Below are positions 10,488 through 19,831 of a DNA stretch of 64,000 nt, piece after piece. The DNA is from Candidatus Gastranaerophilales bacterium (GTDB taxonomy: Bacteria > Cyanobacteriota > Vampirovibrionia > Gastranaerophilales > Gastranaerophilaceae), in the NCBI GenBank assembly GCA_944323935.1, contig CALUUJ010000004.1:15062-79061 (forward strand), in the 5' to 3' direction. Made by a program: the position numbers and the translations under genes. A model generated the notes under the pieces. The model saw only the letters and a list, made by a program, of their open reading frames with translations. It was not told where the DNA came from and searched no databases. Positions within the stretch are counted from its first letter, which is position 1. Each line of letters starts with the position of its first letter.

Positions 10488-13166
10488 TTACATGATTTCA
10501 GGCAAAGTTGACTTGTCAATACCTAATTTTTCAAGATAATCAAAAATAGGACCTTGCTTACCTTTTCGAATCCAACTAAAGTCTTCACTCAATGAATCTT
10601 GAACCATCTTTTCGTATTGTTCGGGATTTTCAAAGTATATTTTTAAGCCTTCCTTCATTGCTTGATAAAAACCCTCAGCAGTTAATGGTTTCTTATTATC
10701 AGTTAGAATACCGTTTGTTTTTCCGTCTCTATTAACTGTATCAACAATACCGCCAACTGCACTTCCAATTACCGGTGTACCAAGTGCAAATGATTCACCT
10801 TGAGTTAAGCCGCAAGGTTCAAAAATACTCGGAAGCAAGAAGAAGTCAGAACTTGCAGTTAGTGCACTCATTGGCGCAAAACCATGTGCAAAAACAATTC
10901 TATTAGAATCTTCTTGAGATAGTTTTTTATTCTTTAAATCTTCAATATATTTCCTTTGTGTACCGTTCTCACCGTCTTGTCCTGCAATATAGAAAATTGG
11001 TTTATTCTTTCCTGGAAAATCTTTTTCCCAGTTTTCCATAAGCAATTTTATTGCTTCTGACATTATCCCTATTCCCTTTTGTGAAACTAAACGGCCGACA
11101 GATGTTATAATCGGAGTTTGTGCTAACTCATTATCTGATAATATTGGTAATTCGGTTTTTCTTTCTCCTTCAACAAATTCTAATTTGCTTGAAATTTTTC
11201 TAACTCTTTCAACATTTTCACCAGAATTAGACTTATCATTTTTGTGTGAAAATGGAAGCATATAATCATTATAAAAATTTATTTTGTTAACTAATCTTGC
11301 TGACATTATTTGAGAAATATCTGTTTCTCTGTTATATGTTTTTGGCAAGATACCGGTTTGTTGTTGAATTTGCGCTTTTTTCGCTTCTATGGACAAATTA
11401 TCAAAATCATTACCATTAATAATTCCAACTAAGGATCCTGATTTTGCTTTTTGGTTTAGAGCCCATCTTAATTCACCGGCTAATTCAGGATGATCGTCTG
11501 AGATTATCTCTTTTGCGTAGTTTTGCGAAACCGGATGAAAATAATTACTTAAGCAAATACCCATATTCAAAAGATTTGTATGATTTGCATACGGGTCTTG
11601 TATATTCATTATTAATACATTATCTAAATTCTTTAATCCGTGATCATTTGGATTTATATTTGAAGCATTTGTTTTTGAATTTAGAACTATATCATATGTA
11701 TAAGAGTCAAATAGAGTATTAAGAATGTTTGTTGTTGAATCTTTTCTTTGAGAATTATTATTATTATTTTGTGTTGATCCTTGATACATTGTATTGTGAC
11801 CAATAGTTATGATATTCATTTCAGATAATGTTTTTGAAGCTTCGTCTGATAGCTCTCCGTAAGCATTTTCCATAGGCGCCTTATATCTTGCTAAAGCAGC
11901 AATTGGAGAACTTTGCCAATCATTTAAAATTAGACCGTCCGGTGCTTTTATTGAGTTAAATGTCTCTTTATCAAATATTCTTAAATCTTTTATGCTATTT
12001 ATATCAGCTTTCGCTTTTGCCAGTTCATAAACAGCTTTCGAGAAAAATGCAAACTTCTCAGGTTCTTCAGTCTTCTCGCTTGTTTGATATATAGTGCCAT
12101 TAAAATAGTTATCATTTTTTATGAAAATTAATTGTTTTTCTCTACTATCACTATCTTTTGTTGTACTAACAAATATCTCAACATCTTCAGTTTTGGATTT
12201 TCCGCCTTGATAAGCGTCAACTTTAAAAGATGCAGCTTTTTTAAGTTTGAATTCTTTTCCTTTGTATGAATAAATGTAATCATCTCCATCTTGTCTAAAA
12301 GCAGCAATGCCCTTCTGTTGGTACATTGGAATAAATGTTGGTATATTTATACCAAGCTTTGTAACATTATTCTGGATTTCAACAGGAACAGAACCAAGAC
12401 CACCTTCTTTGATTGGGGCAAATTCTGAAGTAACAGACCATAATGTAGGATTGTCCTTTGTAATTGGTTTCGTACTTGGGTTTTCATATAGATATGTTGA
12501 AGCAGCATTTTGAATTTGTTTAATTGCTTGTGAATATTTTTGTTCATTTTTATTCAATGAATTTGAATTTTTTAATAATTGTATTCCATTTATGTCTACT
12601 ACATATTTTTTACTTAAACTATTTCCATTTAATCCTATTGCTTGTTCTGCCGAAGAAAGCGCTCTGGATGATTTTGAATCTATATCACTAACTTTTGCGG
12701 ATACTTTGTTTGGTAATTCTTGTTTTAAATCATCAGAAAGGTCACCGGCTTTATATGCTGTGCCAAGTCCTGCCAGTGCCAGTAATACTGACCAAATTTT
12801 AGCATTTTCTTTCTTTGAACTATTTACAATACTTTGTACATTTTGAGTAGATAATACAGCTCTTTGCTCAGCAACTGCTTGCATCTTTGCAATATCATCA
12901 CTTAAATTTCTAATTTGACCTTTTAACTCACTTATTATCGTATTATTTAATGCTGAAACTTTTTTTGTAGTTAGTTTTGTAGCAATAAGGGCTGTTACAG
13001 GAATAGCCGCAATTGATATTGCTATAGGTGCAACAGTCTTTGCTGTTTCAATAACTTTTTTCTTTTTTTCAGCTTGTATACTTGTTTTATTTGAAGTTGT
13101 TGAATCTGCAACATTTGAAATGTATACCGGATTTGTTCTAAATTCAGAAAACACACCTATGTTCAT
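10488..13166 (-). CDS. GT5 glycogen/starch-synthase-like glycosyltransferase with a long membrane-anchored N-terminal extension
   Basis: Has a GT5 start (WSVTSEFAPIKEGGLGSVP, compare the GGLGDV motif) and a C-terminal EPCGLTQGESFALGTPVIGSAVGGIVDTV. About 255 aa before the catalytic domain carry two hydrophobic helices and a coiled-coil-like stretch. The start is moved to ATG 13166 (MNIGVF) because AGGAG lies 6 nt upstream. Confidence 0.75.
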   Translation of the reverse strand: MNIGVFSEFRTNPVYISNVADSTTSNKTSIQAEKKKKVIETAKTVAPIAISIAAIPVTALIATKLTTKKVSALNNTIISELKGQIRNLSDDIAKMQAVAEQRAVLSTQNVQSIVNSSKKENAKIWSVLLALAGLGTAYKAGDLSDDLKQELPNKVSAKVSDIDSKSSRALSSAEQAIGLNGNSLSKKYVVDINGIQLLKNSNSLNKNEQKYSQAIKQIQNAASTYLYENPSTKPITKDNPTLWSVTSEFAPIKEGGLGSVPVEIQNNVTKLGINIPTFIPMYQQKGIAAFRQDGDDYIYSYKGKEFKLKKAASFKVDAYQGGKSKTEDVEIFVSTTKDSDSREKQLIFIKNDNYFNGTIYQTSEKTEEPEKFAFFSKAVYELAKAKADINSIKDLRIFDKETFNSIKAPDGLILNDWQSSPIAALARYKAPMENAYGELSDEASKTLSEMNIITIGHNTMYQGSTQNNNNNSQRKDSTTNILNTLFDSYTYDIVLNSKTNASNINPNDHGLKNLDNVLIMNIQDPYANHTNLLNMGICLSNYFHPVSQNYAKEIISDDHPELAGELRWALNQKAKSGSLVGIINGNDFDNLSIEAKKAQIQQQTGILPKTYNRETDISQIMSARLVNKINFYNDYMLPFSHKNDKSNSGENVERVRKISSKLEFVEGERKTELPILSDNELAQTPIITSVGRLVSQKGIGIMSEAIKLLMENWEKDFPGKNKPIFYIAGQDGENGTQRKYIEDLKNKKLSQEDSNRIVFAHGFAPMSALTASSDFFLLPSIFEPCGLTQGESFALGTPVIGSAVGGIVDTVNRDGKTNGILTDNKKPLTAEGFYQAMKEGLKIYFENPEQYEKMVQDSLSEDFSWIRKGKQGPIFDYLEKLGIDKSTLPEIM

Positions 13167-13253
13167 ACAAAACTCCTTTTCCACACAAATTTTAGAAGTT
13201 GCATAAATCAATGAAAATGCTTTTTTTAGCCTTTTTATGAAAAAATTGTTACA

Positions 13254-14342
13254 TTAAAAATAAAATTTTGAAATTACTAATTTGAAAAAATAATCACTTA
13301 TTGTCTTTTGTGGTTTATTTTTATCAAAAATAAAATTTATATCTATGGGAGAACAACTTTCTATAATATTATACCTTTTTATTAAATCTTCAATATGTGC
13401 CCATATTTGCCAATCAATATCAAATAAATTTGAAATTTTTATGAAATACTTTGTCAATTCAATTATTTCAAGCATTGTTTTTTTATCATCAAAATTTTGT
13501 CTTAACCAATGTAAATCTATATTTAAGATTACTCCTGATACATTTGCTTTCTTTGATTTTAAGATAAATTTTAAGATTTCCTTTTTGCTGTTGTTAACAT
13601 TAGGAATAATTATAAACTTTGTTCTGACTGAGTTATTGAAAATTTTAGAATTAATACCGCTTGAGTATTCTTTTATATTCTGCCATACAGTATTCCATAA
13701 ATTCTTTCTTTTTATAAATTCAAATTTCTTTGGTGTTCCTGAATCAATTGACGATATGACCGAAACTACACCTTTCTCTATGCCTTTTTTAATACTTTCT
13801 GAGAAAATCGTTGCATTAGTATTAATATTGATATCTTTAACTCCATTATCTATAAGCAATGATAGAAGCTCGTTAAAATTTCTATCTAATGTAGCTTCTC
13901 CGCCTGCAATATCTATTTTTGTATTTTTAGTTATTATCTTTTTCTCCAGCATGTCCTTTATTACTGGAATTAAGTTATATTCTTTAGTATTATTTATTAC
14001 ATTTTTATCTTTATGATTTGAACAATATATGCAAAAAAGATTACATTTTACCCAAACATTAAGTAAAATATAACGAAATTCTCTTTCTCTTTTGTCCCAA
14101 TTTGCATTCTTAATCCATAAGCAATCACTGCAAGCAGGCAAAGATGAACCTCTTTTCATAAGCTCTATATGCTCATCTCTTTTTTTAAAAAATTCGTCCC
14201 AATCAATTAATTCGCCAGTGTAGTTTTCATATAGTACAGGCTGACCTCCATTGGGCGTTAACATACAACAATAACCAATTTTGTTTAAATGATTAAAAAA
14301 TAATTCACCTTCTATTGAATGGCAGCTTCTATACGTATTCAT
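13254..14342 (-). CDS. Radical SAM enzyme with N-terminal Cys-rich module (paralog P1 of the 45463..48434 trio)
   Basis: Has CNLFCIYC (CxxxCxxC), IAGGEATL and IIPNVNN motifs. The N-terminal module has SC..IEG, YCC and ACSDC..W, which align with the other three paralogs. Confidence 0.8.
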   Translation of the reverse strand: MNTYRSCHSIEGELFFNHLNKIGYCCMLTPNGGQPVLYENYTGELIDWDEFFKKRDEHIELMKRGSSLPACSDCLWIKNANWDKREREFRYILLNVWVKCNLFCIYCSNHKDKNVINNTKEYNLIPVIKDMLEKKIITKNTKIDIAGGEATLDRNFNELLSLLIDNGVKDININTNATIFSESIKKGIEKGVVSVISSIDSGTPKKFEFIKRKNLWNTVWQNIKEYSSGINSKIFNNSVRTKFIIIPNVNNSKKEILKFILKSKKANVSGVILNIDLHWLRQNFDDKKTMLEIIELTKYFIKISNLFDIDWQIWAHIEDLIKRYNIIESCSPIDINFIFDKNKPQKTISDYFFKLVISKFYF

Positions 14343-14436
14343 AATTTTCTATTAATTTATGTTTCAAATTACAATCTTGCACCTATTCATTATACAATAT
14401 TAAAATAATATTTAGGAAGAAAATAAAAGGTTTATT

Positions 14437-16251
14437 ATGAAATTAAAAGAAACAGAAGCATTAACTTCATTTAAATATGGATGGCTATTAAAACGAATTT
14501 TTCCATATATTAGGCCATTTTTGGGAAAAGTAATACTTGGTTTTTTAATTGCTATTCCTGTTGGTTTGTTAGATGGAGTTGTATCTTTTGCTTTAAAACC
14601 ATACATGGATTATGTTATAGGCCAGCAAAATCTTATAATTTTCGGTATGGAAATACCATATATGACATTGGCGTACGGAATGCCCTTTGCTATAATTTTC
14701 TTTGCCATTTTTCAAGGAGTGCTCAGATATTTAAATTCTTACCTTACAGATTGGACAAGCTTAAAAATTACTAATGCTGTAAAAAATGATTTATTTGCAA
14801 GATTAGTTTTTATGGATACTTCCTTTTTTGATGAAAATTCATCCGGGTTGATTATTAACAGATATCTTACGGACCCTGATTCTGCATCGAAAGGTATTGT
14901 TGAGCAAATTAAAACATTTATAATAAGTTTATTTGGTGCTATGTCATTAATTGTTGTAATGTTGTATAGTTCTTGGAAACTTGCAATTGTTGGTGTTTTG
15001 GTTTTAGCTATTGCTTTTGTACCTGTTTTCTTTATTAGAAAAAAAATAAAATCAGTTTCTAATAAAAATACTGTTATTACTGGCGATATTATGACTACAA
15101 TTAATGAGACATACTCTGGGAACAAGGTTGTTACTGCATATAATTTGCAAGAAAGACAAAAAAAATTATTTACAGATGGTATAAACAAAAGCTTTAATGT
15201 CTCAATTTCACTTACAAAACGTGTAGGCTGGATGTCCCCAATTATGTATTTAATTGCATCATTTGGGATTGCATTCGTACTGTTTTACGGAACAAAACTT
15301 ATATACTCCGGTCAAATGACAGCAGGTTCTTTTGCTTCATTTGTAACTTCATTGTTACTTTTATATAAACCAATTAAAACATTAGGTAATACAATGACAA
15401 GCATACAAAATATCTTTGTTGCGATGGGGCGTGTTTTTGAGCTTTTCGATTATGTTCCCCTAATTAAAGATGCTGAAAATACAGTAAATTTACCTCCACT
15501 ACTAAACGGTGTTACTTTTGAAAATGTTAATTTTGAATATGTTGAAAATAAACCAATTTTAAAAAACATTAATTTGAAAATATCCAGAGGAGAAACTCTT
15601 GCTATTGTGGGTAATTCTGGCGGCGGGAAGTCTACTTTTGTTAATTTAATTCCTCGTTTTTACGATGTTAATTCTGGTTCAATAAAGTTTGATAATGTTG
15701 ATATAAGAAAATTTAAACTGAATGAATTAAGAAAGAATATTTCATTTGTTTTCCAAGATAATTTTTTATTCACAGGTACAATAAAAGAAAATATACTTCT
15801 AGCAAATCCAGAAGCAAGCCAAGATGAATTAAAAATGGCCTTGTCTGCATCACATCTTGATGAAGTAATAGATTCACTACCTGACGGCTTAGATACTATA
15901 TTGGGAGAAAGAGGGCTTACACTTTCTGGCGGTCAAAGACAACGAGTTGCTATTGCAAGAGCAATGATTAGAAATACACCTATTATAATATTAGATGAAG
16001 CCACTTCTGCATTAGATAACGAATCTGAAGCAATCGTTCAAAAGGCTCTGGATAATTTAATAAAAAATAAGACTGTATTTATAATTGCCCATAGACTTTC
16101 AACTATTAAAAATGCAGACAGGATTGCTGTAATAAATGATGGTGAATTAGTTGAACTCGGTACGCATGAAGAGTTACTTTCTATAGAAAACGGACAATAT
16201 AAACATTTATATGAAATGCAATTTAAAAATTCAGAGGAATTAGCTAAATGA
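14437..16251 (+). CDS. ABC exporter, fused permease/ATPase, MsbA-like (lipid/glycolipid flippase type)
   Basis: Has a six-TM N-terminal half, Walker [10 protein letters not shown], signature [14 protein letters not shown], Walker [13 protein letters not shown] and an H-loop IAHRLST. Confidence 0.85.
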   Translation: MKLKETEALTSFKYGWLLKRIFPYIRPFLGKVILGFLIAIPVGLLDGVVSFALKPYMDYVIGQQNLIIFGMEIPYMTLAYGMPFAIIFFAIFQGVLRYLNSYLTDWTSLKITNAVKNDLFARLVFMDTSFFDENSSGLIINRYLTDPDSASKGIVEQIKTFIISLFGAMSLIVVMLYSSWKLAIVGVLVLAIAFVPVFFIRKKIKSVSNKNTVITGDIMTTINETYSGNKVVTAYNLQERQKKLFTDGINKSFNVSISLTKRVGWMSPIMYLIASFGIAFVLFYGTKLIYSGQMTAGSFASFVTSLLLLYKPIKTLGNTMTSIQNIFVAMGRVFELFDYVPLIKDAENTVNLPPLLNGVTFENVNFEYVENKPILKNINLKISRGETLAIVGNSGGGKSTFVNLIPRFYDVNSGSIKFDNVDIRKFKLNELRKNISFVFQDNFLFTGTIKENILLANPEASQDELKMALSASHLDEVIDSLPDGLDTILGERGLTLSGGQRQRVAIARAMIRNTPIIILDEATSALDNESEAIVQKALDNLIKNKTVFIIAHRLSTIKNADRIAVINDGELVELGTHEELLSIENGQYKHLYEMQFKNSEELAK

Positions 16252-17183
16252 AAAGAGTTTTAATAACAGGTGGTGCAGGTTTTATTGGATCACATTTATC
16301 GGAAAGATTATTAAATGAAGGTAATGATATAATTTGTTTGGACAATTTTTTTACTGGTTCAAAAGATAATATAAGACATTTAATCGGAAATAACAGATTT
16401 GAATTAGTCAGACACGATATTATTAATCAATATCTTGCCGAAGTTGATGAAATATATAATTTAGCTTGCCCTGCTTCTCCTGTTCATTACCAGTATAACC
16501 CCATAAAAACAATGAAAACTTCTGTAATAGGAATGATAAATATGCTGGGACTTGCGAAAAGATGTAAAGCAAAAATATTACAAGCAAGTACAAGTGAAAT
16601 TTATGGAGACCCACAAATTCATCCACAGATAGAATCGTACTGGGGAAATGTCAACCCGATAGGACTTAGAAGTTGTTATGATGAAGGAAAAAGATGTGCA
16701 GAAACCCTTATGATGGACTACCACAGACAAAATAATATTGATATTAGAATAGCTCGTATTTTTAATACATATGGACCAAGAATGGCATTGAATGACGGAA
16801 GAGTCGTATCTAATTTTATTATTCAGGCGTTAAAAAACGAACCTATAACTGTTTATGGCGACGGTTCTCAGACAAGAGCATTCTGCTATGTTTCTGATTT
16901 AGTTGATGCTTTAATTAAATTAATGAATTGTAATTATTCTCAACCCGTAAATTTAGGTAATCCGGATGAGCATACGATTATTGAATTTGCAAAATTGATT
17001 ATTGAGCTAACAAATTCAAAATCTGAAATAGTATTTAAAGAACTGCCTTCTGATGATCCTGTTCAGCGTGAACCAAATATTTCGCTTGCGAAACGGATTT
17101 TGAATTGGGAACCACAAATTCAACTAAAAGAAGGTCTTTTGAAAACCATTGAATATTTTGATAAAATAATCTTTCAGCAGTAG
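16248..17183 (+). CDS. UDP-glucuronate decarboxylase (UDP-xylose synthase)-like SDR
   Basis: Has a Rossmann motif [12 protein letters not shown], catalytic YDEGKR, and 311-aa length with overall UXS-like conservation ([28 protein letters not shown]). It has an ATGA overlap with the ABC exporter gene. Confidence 0.8.
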   Translation: MKRVLITGGAGFIGSHLSERLLNEGNDIICLDNFFTGSKDNIRHLIGNNRFELVRHDIINQYLAEVDEIYNLACPASPVHYQYNPIKTMKTSVIGMINMLGLAKRCKAKILQASTSEIYGDPQIHPQIESYWGNVNPIGLRSCYDEGKRCAETLMMDYHRQNNIDIRIARIFNTYGPRMALNDGRVVSNFIIQALKNEPITVYGDGSQTRAFCYVSDLVDALIKLMNCNYSQPVNLGNPDEHTIIEFAKLIIELTNSKSEIVFKELPSDDPVQREPNISLAKRILNWEPQIQLKEGLLKTIEYFDKIIFQQ

Positions 17184-17187
17184 TGAA

Positions 17188-18324
17188 ATGCAGGTATTCT
17201 GTTTGAAAAAGATTTTTTTTCTATTATCATTCATAGTATTAAATTCTTCAGTAAATTGTTATGCAATTGAAGAAGTTGAACTAGAAAGCGAAAAACTTAA
17301 TCTTGATTATTTTTCTGACGTATATTACGGAAAAATTGAAAATAATGACAATGTTTCTCCAATATTAAGATTATTTTCCGAAAAAGGCTATGAATTTAAA
17401 AATTCTCCTGTAAATTCAGTTAAATTTTATTTTTTATATGATGGACAGCTTTCATTTACAAGTATTAATCATTATTCAACACACTTTAGGCATGATTTTA
17501 CAACTATTGAGCCAATGGTATCCGTAAGATTTAATGAAGGCCGTTCAGAACTTATGTTTGACTATAATCTTGCAAGAAATTTAGAGGGATATTCAAACTC
17601 TTTTACACAAAAAATTTCAGAGTTTTACATTTCACATAAAGTTACAGAACAACAAACAATATTGATTGGACAAGGAGCCAGACTTCCTAATTCATTCGAC
17701 GGTTCCAGAGGAACAATGGAAAGAGAAATGATTCTCAAGTCCCAGCTGGGTCGTACTTTTGGAGAAGCACGCTCTGTCGGACTTAGAAATATAGCCAATT
17801 ATAAATACTTAGAATATGACATTGGACTATATGATAGTACCAGGTATATGAAAGATTTTGGTAATGGTTTTGATTTTACGGGACATATAATGCTAAAACC
17901 ATTCTCTAACATTAAAGAGAAAACAGGTAATTTAAAAATTGGAACATCATATTCTATTGGAAAGAATAATATTAGCTATAATACATATTCTCTATTTTTG
18001 GGATATGATTATAAACGTTTACATTTTCACACAGAATATGCAAGTGCAGACGGATATAATGGTATATTTGAATCTAAAGATAATGCAGATGGTTTTTATG
18101 TTTTAATTTCATATGACATTACCCCCAAAGTATCAATACTTGGAAGATATGATTATTTCACTCCTAATAGAAATTTTTTAAATTCTTATTGTCAAGAATA
18201 TACAGCTGGAATTACATACAAATTGTTTAAAAATATGAAAATTATGCTTAACTATGTTAATAGAAATTATTCAAACAGACCTGATTCAAATATGATTCTA
18301 TTTGCTACCAGATTTATTATTTAG
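17188..18324 (+). CDS. Putative outer-membrane beta-barrel / porin-like protein
   Basis: Has an N-terminal signal-like segment (FFLLSFIVLNSSVNCYA) and alternating amphipathic beta-strand pattern rich in Y/G/N (GITYKLFKNMKIMLNYVNRNY). No specific family could be recognised with certainty. Confidence 0.5.
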   Translation: MQVFCLKKIFFLLSFIVLNSSVNCYAIEEVELESEKLNLDYFSDVYYGKIENNDNVSPILRLFSEKGYEFKNSPVNSVKFYFLYDGQLSFTSINHYSTHFRHDFTTIEPMVSVRFNEGRSELMFDYNLARNLEGYSNSFTQKISEFYISHKVTEQQTILIGQGARLPNSFDGSRGTMEREMILKSQLGRTFGEARSVGLRNIANYKYLEYDIGLYDSTRYMKDFGNGFDFTGHIMLKPFSNIKEKTGNLKIGTSYSIGKNNISYNTYSLFLGYDYKRLHFHTEYASADGYNGIFESKDNADGFYVLISYDITPKVSILGRYDYFTPNRNFLNSYCQEYTAGITYKLFKNMKIMLNYVNRNYSNRPDSNMILFATRFII

Positions 18325-18336
18325 TATAATTATTTT

Positions 18337-19404
18337 ATGAAAGAAATAGATATAGAAAAAATAGAAAAATTAATAGCAAAAATTGTAAACAATCCAAATG
18401 ATACTGATTCATATTTAGAATTAGCAAATTTATATTTGGAAGAAGACGAATATGATTTAGCTATAAATATATATGAAAGCTTGTTAAATATTGAACCACT
18501 AAATTTTGTTGCATTAACAAACTTAGGAAGTTTGTACTTTTATAAAAATGAATATTTGAAAGCTATAAATTACTACTCTCGCGCTGTTAGTTTAGGCATT
18601 GATAATTTTTCAATATTTTATAACCTTGGTAATGCATATGCTGAACTTGGTGAGTTTAAGCAAGCAATGTCAAATTATGTAAAAGCATTGAATATAGAAA
18701 AAAATAATTACCAGGTATATTCTGCAATCGCACTTTTATATCAAGATCAAAAAAATTATGAAGAGGCGTTAATATATTTTGACAAAGCTTTAAAATTAAA
18801 AAATGATATTCCTGAAAATTATCTTAATATTGCATTCGTCTTAATGAAGTTGGGACGCCCTCTTGAAGCCGCAAATTTATTTGAAAAAGCCCTTATAATT
18901 TCTCCGGATAATAATGCATTCTTGTTGTATTGTGCTAATGCCTATTCATCTGCAAAGTCCTATAATAAAGCAAATAAATTATTTGATGATGTTATAGAAA
19001 GAGATCCTTCTTTTTATCAGGCATATATTTGCTACGGAATTTCACTATATGATCAAAGCAATATTGAAGAGTCAATAAAGATGTATGAAAAAGCTATATC
19101 TATAAATCCATCAATTTCAAATAGTTATATGTTACTTGGTAATTTATATTGTTCTGAAAATGACTATGAGAGAGCTGTTGATTTATATAACAAAGTTATT
19201 CAAATTGAACCGACAAATAGCAATGCATATACACTTTTAGGAAATACATATGTTATGATGAAAGATTTAAGATCTGCAATATCTTCATATAAACAAGCAA
19301 TTGATATTGATACAGAAAATGATGAGCTTAAATTAATATATATAGAAACAATTCAAGAATTTATCCAAAATAGGAATAATGAAGGAGCAATTGATGCAGC
19401 ATAA
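18337..19404 (+). CDS. TPR-repeat protein
   Basis: Has about 9 consecutive 34-aa TPR units (e.g. AINYYSRAVSLGIDNFSIFYNLGNAYAELGEFKQA). Confidence 0.8.
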   Translation: MKEIDIEKIEKLIAKIVNNPNDTDSYLELANLYLEEDEYDLAINIYESLLNIEPLNFVALTNLGSLYFYKNEYLKAINYYSRAVSLGIDNFSIFYNLGNAYAELGEFKQAMSNYVKALNIEKNNYQVYSAIALLYQDQKNYEEALIYFDKALKLKNDIPENYLNIAFVLMKLGRPLEAANLFEKALIISPDNNAFLLYCANAYSSAKSYNKANKLFDDVIERDPSFYQAYICYGISLYDQSNIEESIKMYEKAISINPSISNSYMLLGNLYCSENDYERAVDLYNKVIQIEPTNSNAYTLLGNTYVMMKDLRSAISSYKQAIDIDTENDELKLIYIETIQEFIQNRNNEGAIDAA

Positions 19405-19831
19405 TTTTTTTAAAGTTTCTCCAATTGAAAAAATTATTTCTATTCTCTCATATATTACAATGGGAATCATAGGTTTAGTTTGGCTGTTAATTGCACATTT
19501 TTCAAAGAAAAAATTACGATATTTCTTAATGTTCAATATTGTACAATCAATGATAATAGCGATTTTTCTTGCTATTTTGAAACTTACACTAAACATAATA
19601 TTTTCGATTTTATCAATAGTTCCTTTTATAAATATTCTAGCTGCAAAGCTGAATTATATTATTTCCGTAAAAATATTAATATTTCCAATATTAAATTTAT
19701 CGTTCAATGTGATAGAAATTATTTTGTACATTTTGCTCATTTATATAATAATGGGAGTCTTAACAAGTAGAATATTCTATATTCCATATTTAACAAGTTT
19801 AATAAGTAAATTATTAAAGACATATAATTAG
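19394..19831 (+). CDS. Small 4-TM membrane protein, possibly Tic20/DUF4870-like
   Basis: Has four hydrophobic helices. The ILSYITMG...RYFLMFNIVQSMIIAI pattern resembles Tic20-like proteins. The start is set at ATG 19394 (GAAGGAG 6 nt upstream), overlapping the TPR stop. Confidence 0.5.
   Translation: MQHNFFKVSPIEKIISILSYITMGIIGLVWLLIAHFSKKKLRYFLMFNIVQSMIIAIFLAILKLTLNIIFSILSIVPFINILAAKLNYIISVKILIFPILNLSFNVIEIILYILLIYIIMGVLTSRIFYIPYLTSLISKLLKTYN

Noticed and set aside
13345-14016. 223-aa plus-strand ORF antisense to radical SAM paralog P1. Similar antisense ORFs occur at 14739..15188, 33501..33887, 35388..35744, 57205..57606 and 58167..58592.
   Set aside because: Each is fully embedded opposite a gene with strong family motifs. 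Their translations are low-complexity F/L/I/S-rich strings typical of antisense frames in AT-rich DNA, and no ribosome-binding sites are present.
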